Origin: an uncultured Bacteroidales bacterium
GTDB taxonomy: Bacteria > Bacteroidota > Bacteroidia > Bacteroidales > P3
DNA: 64,000 bases
Direction of reading: 5' to 3'
Assembly (NCBI GenBank): GCA_937886715.1
Contig: CAKZZD010000020.1
Span: 20,591-84,590 of the forward strand
Below, piece by piece: positions 34,925 to 42,196 of this stretch. How positions within the stretch are numbered: the stretch's first letter is position 1; every line of letters begins with the position of its first letter. The notes beneath the pieces are model-generated. The model searched no databases. It saw nothing but the letters and a program-made list of their open reading frames with translations, and was not told the origin of the DNA. The position numbers were made by a program, and so were the translations under genes.

Positions 34925-35932
34925 ATGAAGATTCTATTGATATGCAACTATAAACCTGGCGTGGGAGGTATCTCCGGTCAGGTAGAGCTCCTTCAGAAGC
35001 ATCTGCATAAAGAGGGGCATACTGCTGACATTTTCACCACAAAAGGCTCTGCTTTTTGGCGGATGGGGCTTCTCTCCAGATTGCGCAAGGAGGCAAAGCC
35101 TTACAATGTCCTGCACATCCACTGCTGCTCCGGATGGGGATTCCTGCCTGCAGTTGTGGGAGTCATGGTGGCGCGTAGGCTCAAGAAACAATGCGTGCTC
35201 ACCTATCACGGCGGTGGCGGCGAAAAGTTTTTCGACAAGCACCCGAAACTGGTGCACCATTTCCTCACCCGCACAAATGCCAACATCGTACTTTCAGGCT
35301 TCTTAGCTGGAGTCTTTGAAAAACACAGTATTCCTGCCGTCACTATCCCCAATATTTTAGACCTCAACGACAACCTGTTCCGCCAACGCGATGCGTTGAA
35401 TCCCAAATATATATGCACTCGCGCACACGAACCATTATACAACATTCCCTGCATCCTTAAAGCCTTCCAAATAGTACAATCGGCACGTCCAGATGCCACT
35501 TTGACCTTGGTGGGCGACGGCAGCGAACACGAGAACCTCGTCCAAATGTCTGAAGAACTTGGCTTACAGAACGTCACATTCACAGGAAGAGTCGACAACA
35601 AAGACATCTTCTCCTACCTCGACAAGGCCGACATTCTGCTTTCATCTCCACGAGTGGACAATATGCCCGTGTCGCTCTTGGAAGCAATGAATGCAGGTCT
35701 GCTGGTGATATCCAGCAATGTAGGAGGGGTACCCTACATGATCAAAAACGGCAACACAGGCCTACTCTTCGAAAGTGACAACCCTGCAGAGCTGTCCAAC
35801 AAAATGCTTTGGGCACTCGACAACCAGAACATCGCCCTTACCATCATTCGACAAGCACACAGAAAAGTCGATGACTACCGCTGGGAAAACATAAAAGACT
35901 CTCTATATCAAATCTATGGCATTCTTTCATGA
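34925..35932 (+). CDS. Glycosyltransferase family 4 (GT-B)
   Basis: It contains MKILLICNY..GGISGQV and PVSLLEAMNAGLLVISSNVGGVPYMIKNGNTGLLF. Confidence 0.85.
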   Translation: MKILLICNYKPGVGGISGQVELLQKHLHKEGHTADIFTTKGSAFWRMGLLSRLRKEAKPYNVLHIHCCSGWGFLPAVVGVMVARRLKKQCVLTYHGGGGEKFFDKHPKLVHHFLTRTNANIVLSGFLAGVFEKHSIPAVTIPNILDLNDNLFRQRDALNPKYICTRAHEPLYNIPCILKAFQIVQSARPDATLTLVGDGSEHENLVQMSEELGLQNVTFTGRVDNKDIFSYLDKADILLSSPRVDNMPVSLLEAMNAGLLVISSNVGGVPYMIKNGNTGLLFESDNPAELSNKMLWALDNQNIALTIIRQAHRKVDDYRWENIKDSLYQIYGILS

Positions 35933-37196
35933 ACATATCATCTTGCCTTTGAGCGACCTGATGAAAGGCGAACAGGTACACAAGTATCTGAGGCTGTTGC
36001 GCGAGGCTGAGTCATGGTCCCCTGCACAAATGCACGACTTTCAGCAGCAACGGCTTCGTGAACTGATCGCCTACGCATCCAAACAGGTGCCATACTATCA
36101 GGATTGGTTTTCGAGTCAACACCTTGACCCCAATACAGTCGCCCTTGACCAATTGCCGATTGTTTCGAAGCATATCATGCGGAAGGAAGGAATCGAACGT
36201 TTCACAGCAGAGCATTTCCCGGAGAAAGAACGAATCCAGGCCAGGTCGAGCGGCTCTACCGGCGAGCCTTTCTCCTTCTACATCTCCAAATTGTCCAACT
36301 CCGTGAACACCGCAGCCAAGTTGCGCACTTGGTATCAGGCGGGCTACCGACTCGGCGACCGCTACATGAAAATTGCAAATGCCAAACGGCCCAACAAGCT
36401 AAAACAACTGCAAGACTGGTCGAATAATTGCATTTACATTCCCTTCTATTCCATTACAGAAGCCAATATTAGAACAATCCTTGAGAGAATCGAATTCTCT
36501 CAACCAAAATTCATACGGTCCTACCCAAGTCCTCTTTACATTTTGGCCCGATATCGCAAAAACCATCCCGAGTACACTTTCAGCCCTCGCCACATCATGA
36601 CCACCGGCTCAACCCTTCCTGCAGCATATCGGATGGAGATAGAAAAAGCTTTCGGCTGCGACATCATCGACTCCTACAGCTGTGAAGGCAACCCCAACAC
36701 ATACGAAACAACAGACCACAACGGATATCACACGACCGACTATTACGGTATTGTAGAGATACTTGACAACAACAACAACCCTGTAACCAATGGTATCGGC
36801 CGTGTGGTCAGCACCGATCTTTGGAATTTTGCCCATCCTTTCATCCGATATGACACGCAAGATTTGGTTGAGGTTCAAAATGGAGCTATCACGAGAATCA
36901 TCGGTCGACAAAGCGATGTTTTTATTAAAGGCAATGGAGCCATATATACCGTGCATAATTTCAGCCACTACTTCCTCCATGAAATAATTGGTGTTGATAA
37001 TTATCAAATTCGTTTGCATAACGACAAATCATTAACAATACTTTTGGTAACCAACCATCATTTCAACGCCGAATGCATTAATGAAATTACTAATCATTGG
37101 AGTCAACTGCTTTCGACGCAAGTGAATGTCCTGATAACGGATAATATTCCATTAATGAAAAACAATAAATACTTAACTATTGTTAAAGACCGATGA
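35916..37196 (+). CDS. Phenylacetate-CoA ligase-like adenylate-forming enzyme (CapK/F390-synthetase family)
   Basis: It contains QQQRLRELIAYASKQVPYYQDWF and SSGSTGEPFSFY. Confidence 0.75.
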   Translation: MAFFHEHIILPLSDLMKGEQVHKYLRLLREAESWSPAQMHDFQQQRLRELIAYASKQVPYYQDWFSSQHLDPNTVALDQLPIVSKHIMRKEGIERFTAEHFPEKERIQARSSGSTGEPFSFYISKLSNSVNTAAKLRTWYQAGYRLGDRYMKIANAKRPNKLKQLQDWSNNCIYIPFYSITEANIRTILERIEFSQPKFIRSYPSPLYILARYRKNHPEYTFSPRHIMTTGSTLPAAYRMEIEKAFGCDIIDSYSCEGNPNTYETTDHNGYHTTDYYGIVEILDNNNNPVTNGIGRVVSTDLWNFAHPFIRYDTQDLVEVQNGAITRIIGRQSDVFIKGNGAIYTVHNFSHYFLHEIIGVDNYQIRLHNDKSLTILLVTNHHFNAECINEITNHWSQLLSTQVNVLITDNIPLMKNNKYLTIVKDR

Positions 37197-37732
37197 CAAT
37201 CATAACAAAATTTGATCAGATTGATTGTTCAGCTTGGGACCAACTGGTTGAAAACTCACCGGTATCCTCATGGTTCCAAACCAGAGAAGCATACAACTTT
37301 TTCGACAGTCTCAATTTTGCTGAATCTTTTGTAGTTGCAGTACAGGAAAATGATATATTACAAGGAGTCACTGTAGGATATATTCAATGTGACGGTTCCC
37401 TGCTAAAACAAAGATTGTCTCGCAGAGCCATTATTACCGGAGGCCCTTTGTTATCAGCACAAATCTCAAAGAGACAGTTAACAAGCATGCTTCTTGCGGT
37501 AAAAGAACTACTCAATACACATCACTGCATCTACATTGAAACAAGGAATCTTAACGATTATTCTTATTGGCGAAATGTATTCGAAAAATGTGGATTCAAA
37601 TATGTTCCACATTATAATTTCCATATCACTTCGTTGGTTTCTTCCAGGAAAACGACCGACCCATACGGCAATCGGTCATCGCCTATCAGGTGGTCAAGCA
37701 TAGAGACGGATCCATCACCTTCCGCCTTGTAG
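37193..37732 (+). pseudogene. FemAB/GNAT-like acyltransferase gene, truncated after about 143 codons
   Basis: The N-terminus (WDQLVENSPVSSWFQTREAYNFF...IYIETRNLNDYSYWRNVFEKCGFKYVPHYNFHI) looks family-like. From about 37620 the frame reads low-complexity TSLVSSRKTTDPYGNRSS, which is out-of-frame sequence of a different gene remnant. Confidence 0.55.
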
Positions 37733-37875
37733 TCAACGACCAGTATAATACTGATATTGAGCACTACATCATCAACTTCTGGCAACAGCAACTCAACTAA
37801 CCTATCACGATCGAAATTGTCAACGATATTCCCCTTATGCAGAATAACAAACGTCTCACCATAGTAGAAGATTAA
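37618..37875 (+). pseudogene. 3' remnant of a second CapK-like ligase gene with an in-frame TAA
   Basis: The frame gives FPYHFVGFFQENDRPIRQSVIAYQVVKHRDGSITFRLVVNDQYNTDIEHYIINFWQQQLN, then TAA at 37798, then PITIEIVNDIPLMQNNKRLTIVED. This aligns with the C-terminus of 35916..37196 (YQIRLHNDKSLTILLV...HWSQLLSTQVNVLITDNIPLMKNNKYLTIVKDR). Confidence 0.7.
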
Positions 37876-37878
37876 CCC

Positions 37879-38376
37879 ATGCCAAGCAGAGAGATACTCG
37901 AATATCACGGGCTATATACTCCTCTGGGGAGGATAAAATACACCCTCATCCAATTGTGGCGTTTCAGCCTCTCACGTCTTGCTTTTTTCATCCCTTTCAA
38001 GGGTTGGCGAGCCACCTTGTACCGCTGGAGCGGCATACATATTGGCAAACGCGTTTACATCGGACATGATATGCTTTTCGACCGTGCATTCCCAGAACAA
38101 ATCACCATTGGTGACGACACTGCCATTGGCGACCGGTGCACCATCACCGCCCATGGATGCATCCCGACACAAACACCTCTGAAAGAAATATATCCACTTG
38201 AGGTAAAACCTGTCAACATCGGCAATCGCGTGTGGATAATGCCCAACGTGACAATCATCTATGGCGTGACCATAGGCGACGAAGCCGTCGTAGCCACAGG
38301 TGCTGTAGTAACACGTGATGTACCCCCTCGCACGTTGGTCGCAGGCATCCCCGCCAAAGTTATCAAACAACTATGA
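37879..38376 (+). CDS. Hexapeptide-repeat (LbH) O-acetyltransferase
   Basis: It contains IGKRVYIGHDMLF, IGDDTAIGDRCTI, IGNRVWIMPNVTI and IGDEAVVATGAVV. Confidence 0.85.
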   Translation: MPSREILEYHGLYTPLGRIKYTLIQLWRFSLSRLAFFIPFKGWRATLYRWSGIHIGKRVYIGHDMLFDRAFPEQITIGDDTAIGDRCTITAHGCIPTQTPLKEIYPLEVKPVNIGNRVWIMPNVTIIYGVTIGDEAVVATGAVVTRDVPPRTLVAGIPAKVIKQL

Positions 38377-39407
38377 AAGTTCTTTTCCAACTGGGACATC
38401 CCGCCCATTTTCACCTGTTCAAAAACACCATCGCCGACCTGCAGCATGATGGGATTCAAACCTATATCCTCATCCGAAAAAAAGACATCCTTGAAGATTT
38501 GTTGAAACAATCAGCGATGCCCTATGTAAACATCCTTCCAAGTGGGAAAAAATCTGTCTTTACCTTGATGCTGAGATTGTGGCGAGTATTCCGCTTCACT
38601 ATCACACATCATGTCGACGTCCTCGTCGGATCCACCCCCGAGGTGGCACAGGTAGCATGGTTGCTCAGACGTCGCTCGGTGATTCTGGCCGAAGACGATG
38701 CTGCCATCGTCCCTCAATTCATCAAAGCGGTGAAACCTTTTGTCGACAACTACCTGTCCCCTGTCTCGTGCAACAACGGCCCCCTTGAATCAGCCACCAC
38801 CCACTACGAGGGATTTCATAAACTGGCGTACCTTCACCCCTCACGATTCTCTCCTGACCCAGCTGTAGTAGACAAATACTTCCCCCACAATAGCACATTT
38901 TTCCTGCTTCGATTTGCCAAACTGAATGCCTACCACGACGTGAGTGCCGATGCCCACGGCATCAACGACAGCATAGCGCAAAAACTCATACAGATACTTT
39001 CCCCTCATGGCACAGTATTCATCTCTTCAGAGCGTGAACTGAGTCCCTATCTGGAACAATACAGACTCAAAATCAATCCCTTGGACATTCACCACATCAT
39101 GGCTTTTGCCGCCCTGTATATAGGCGACAGCCAAAGCATGGCAGTAGAAGCCGCCATGTTAGGCACGCCATCTATCCGTTTCAACGACTTCGCTGGCCGC
39201 ATCGGCGTGTTGGAAGAATTGGAAAAAAAATACAAATTGACCATTGGAATTCCTTCCAATGACACACCATTGCTATACCAAACTATTGAAAGCATGGTCG
39301 ATACAGACAATCTTAAAGAATTGTTCCAGGCTAGAAGAAAAAAGATGCTGGAAGACAAAATAGATGTGGCCACCTACATCACAAACTTTATCGAAAATTT
39401 AAAATGA
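38373..39407 (+). CDS. DUF354-family protein (GT-B-like, function unknown)
   Basis: MKVLFQLGHPAHFHLFKNTI is the characteristic DUF354 N-terminus. GDSQSMAVEAAMLGTP is also present. Confidence 0.7.
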   Translation: MKVLFQLGHPAHFHLFKNTIADLQHDGIQTYILIRKKDILEDLLKQSAMPYVNILPSGKKSVFTLMLRLWRVFRFTITHHVDVLVGSTPEVAQVAWLLRRRSVILAEDDAAIVPQFIKAVKPFVDNYLSPVSCNNGPLESATTHYEGFHKLAYLHPSRFSPDPAVVDKYFPHNSTFFLLRFAKLNAYHDVSADAHGINDSIAQKLIQILSPHGTVFISSERELSPYLEQYRLKINPLDIHHIMAFAALYIGDSQSMAVEAAMLGTPSIRFNDFAGRIGVLEELEKKYKLTIGIPSNDTPLLYQTIESMVDTDNLKELFQARRKKMLEDKIDVATYITNFIENLK

Positions 39408-40144
39408 TGGACTTCACCATCGAGAAATATCGCGCGCTGCTGATGGCACTGCAGAAGCACTCCTGCTTCTGTATCAGACATGATGTGGATCTGCGACCAA
39501 GCTACTCGCTGCGTGTCGCACAAGTAGAGTCATCCATGAAAATGACCTCCACCTATTATTTCCGAACAGTTCCCGAAAGCTACGACGAAAATATCATCCA
39601 ACAGATTGTTTCCTTGGGACATAAAGCAGGCTACCACTACGAATGCCTGACAACATGCCACGGGGATATGGAAGCTGCATACAAAGACTTCTGCAACAAT
39701 TTGGAAAAATTACGAAAGGTGGTACCCATCGATGCTGCTTGTGCCCACGGCAGCCCCAGATCACCCTACGACAGCCAAGATCTCTGGAAAAGATACTCTT
39801 ACCGAGAATTAGGCATCACTCACGAGTCAATGATCGACACCGATTTTTCGCAAACGCTATATCTGACCGACACCGGTCGGAGATGGGACGGATGGCGCGT
39901 CAGCGTCAGAGACAAGGTGCCTCAATATCAGGAGGAATGGATAGCAAAAGGTCTGGCATTTCACTCTACCGACGACATCATCCGCGCACTCAACAATCCT
40001 CAGCACCCCATCCACCAATACAAACTGCTCGTCAACACCCACCCCCAACGCTGGATGCCATTCGGCATCAGGTGGATATACGAAGCCGTGGGTCAAAACT
40101 TGAAAAACATCGTAAAAAGAATCATCGTATGCTCAAAATCTTGA
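39404..40144 (+). CDS. Hypothetical protein, possibly a polysaccharide-deacetylase-like fold
   Basis: The pattern CIRHDVD...YYFR...AHG is reminiscent of CE4-like proteins. The assignment is weak. Confidence 0.35.
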   Translation: MMDFTIEKYRALLMALQKHSCFCIRHDVDLRPSYSLRVAQVESSMKMTSTYYFRTVPESYDENIIQQIVSLGHKAGYHYECLTTCHGDMEAAYKDFCNNLEKLRKVVPIDAACAHGSPRSPYDSQDLWKRYSYRELGITHESMIDTDFSQTLYLTDTGRRWDGWRVSVRDKVPQYQEEWIAKGLAFHSTDDIIRALNNPQHPIHQYKLLVNTHPQRWMPFGIRWIYEAVGQNLKNIVKRIIVCSKS

Positions 40145-41202
40145 CTATCGTCGGCGCACGCCCCCAATTCATTAAGGCCGCAGCTTTGAGCCACGCCATC
40201 GCAGAGCATTTCTCCGATGCAGTCCATGAAGATATTCTCCACACAGGACAGCACTACGACGATGCCATGTCCGAGCAATTTTTCACCGAACTCGACATTC
40301 CCCGTCCCGCCTTCAACCTCAATGTCGGATCCGGCCCCCACGGGGCTCAAACAGCCCGAATGCTGGCCGGGACCGAGGAGGTGCTGACCAACGGGCATTA
40401 CGATGGGGTGGTCGTATACGGCGACACCAACTCGACTTTGGCCGGGGCACTGGCTGCTGCAAAACTCCATATTCCTGTATACCATATCGAGGCCGGCCTG
40501 CGTTCGTTCAACCGAGACATGCCCGAAGAAATCAACCGCGTGGTCACAGACCATATTTCCACCCTACTGTTTGCCCCCACACACACGGCGGTAGCCAATC
40601 TGGAACATGAAGGGTTTGACAACGAAAGCATTATCTTCTCGGGCGACATCATGTTGGACAACGTGCTGCACTACGCCAACAAAAACATAGACAACGGAGA
40701 CCAAATCATACTCGCCACCGTCCACCGCGACTTCAACACCGACTCGCCAGAGCGTCTAACTAAAATACTTTCAGCACTCGACGCAATAGGCAAACAATAT
40801 AGCCTTCCCGTCATCTTCCCGGTACATCCGCGTACAAAAAAAGCCATCGAGCATATCGGCGGCCTTGGACGCTACATCCACATTCAGCCGGTCCAACCCC
40901 TCTCCTACCTCGACACTCAAACCATGCTTCACCGGTCACAAATAGTGCTCACCGATAGCGGCGGGCTGCAGAAGGAGGCTTTCTTCTGCGGCAAACCCTG
41001 CGTGATTCTGCGTCCCGAAACAGAGTGGACGGAGATCGTCGATGCCGGTGCCGCCATCACAGCCGATGCCAACCCAAACCAAATCATATCTGCATGTAAA
41101 GCATTATGGAACAAGTCCATAACAGCACCCATCCAATTCGGAGACGGCCATGCAGCACTAAAGATTCTAGAAGCAATTCTGCAGAAACAACATTGCGTAT
41201 AG
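40129..41202 (+). CDS. UDP-N-acetylglucosamine 2-epimerase, second paralog
   Basis: Frame of ORF 39643..41202, with the real start MLKILTIVGARPQFIKAAAL at 40129. HIEAGLRSFNRDMPEEINR and DSGGLQKEAFF are present. Confidence 0.85.
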   Translation: MLKILTIVGARPQFIKAAALSHAIAEHFSDAVHEDILHTGQHYDDAMSEQFFTELDIPRPAFNLNVGSGPHGAQTARMLAGTEEVLTNGHYDGVVVYGDTNSTLAGALAAAKLHIPVYHIEAGLRSFNRDMPEEINRVVTDHISTLLFAPTHTAVANLEHEGFDNESIIFSGDIMLDNVLHYANKNIDNGDQIILATVHRDFNTDSPERLTKILSALDAIGKQYSLPVIFPVHPRTKKAIEHIGGLGRYIHIQPVQPLSYLDTQTMLHRSQIVLTDSGGLQKEAFFCGKPCVILRPETEWTEIVDAGAAITADANPNQIISACKALWNKSITAPIQFGDGHAALKILEAILQKQHCV

Positions 41203-41387
41203 TCAGAAACATCGCTGTTGAAAAAACAGTTCACAAATTGGCTGTCACCATCCCTGAAAGCAGATTGTAAATGACTGATATAATGCACCTATTTTAAAAT
41301 TAAGAATTTTTAACAATAAAATATAGACATTTTCTGCTTTCGGCACAATAATAAAATCACATCGCCGTTAAAATAATTTAAAATACC

Positions 41388-42179
41388 ATGGTTAAACTTC
41401 GCACTATAAAAACATTGATCTTTGCCGCACTGATTGCGGTTGCGGCAACATCATGCATCACTTCCCGCAGGGCCAACTACCTCCAGGACATGACGCAAGG
41501 GTCTCAAATAGAGCTCGAAAACAAGTTTGAGGCCAAAATTGCCCCCTACGACGAACTGAGCATCATAGTCACCAGTCCCTCGGACAAAAAATTGGCCGAG
41601 CCTTTCAACATTGCCAACCTGGCTGGTACCAACGTTGTTTCTTCTGGGCAACGCAATGGCTATCTGGTGGACGTGAACGGAAACATCGAATTCCCCATCC
41701 TGGGCACATTACACGTGGAAGGCATGACCCGCCTGCAACTGCAGGAAACTATCTCAAATATGCTGATCACAAAGGGCCATATCCATGATCCCTACGTGAT
41801 GGTGAGATTCAACAATTTCAAGGTCTTCTTCCTTGGCAACGGCACCGGCAGGGTGCTCAACATCCAAAACGAACGCTGCACCTTCCTCGAGGCGCTGGCT
41901 ATGCTGAACGATGTGGGCATCTACACCCGCCGCGACCATATTGGCGTGATGCGCGAGGTGAACGGCAAAATGGTGATGCGCTATCTTGACCCGCGCTCCT
42001 CAGACGTCTTCAACGACCCCTTCTTTATGCTGCAGCAGAACGATTTCATCATTGCCGAAACCGTCAACGCCGGCACAGCCCGTTCAGAGTTCGCCTATTG
42101 GACTGGCCTTATCGGCACCGTGGTCTCGGTCACTTCGCTGATCACCTCTATCATCCTGTACAAATCTATCTCAAAATAG
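41388..42179 (+). CDS. wza: Wza-like polysaccharide export outer-membrane lipoprotein
   Basis: It has a lipobox (VAATSC). Motifs YDELSIIV and GNIEFPILGTLHVEGMTRLQL are present, and the C-terminus is hydrophobic. Confidence 0.85.
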   Translation: MVKLRTIKTLIFAALIAVAATSCITSRRANYLQDMTQGSQIELENKFEAKIAPYDELSIIVTSPSDKKLAEPFNIANLAGTNVVSSGQRNGYLVDVNGNIEFPILGTLHVEGMTRLQLQETISNMLITKGHIHDPYVMVRFNNFKVFFLGNGTGRVLNIQNERCTFLEALAMLNDVGIYTRRDHIGVMREVNGKMVMRYLDPRSSDVFNDPFFMLQQNDFIIAETVNAGTARSEFAYWTGLIGTVVSVTSLITSIILYKSISK

Positions 42180-42196
42180 CTTAGACCACTACCCTA

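Noticed and set aside
37612-37908. 98-aa minus-strand ORF across the pseudogene region
   Set aside because: It has no motifs, and the + strand reading shows clear homology to the neighbouring ligase C-terminus. It is therefore treated as a shadow ORF.
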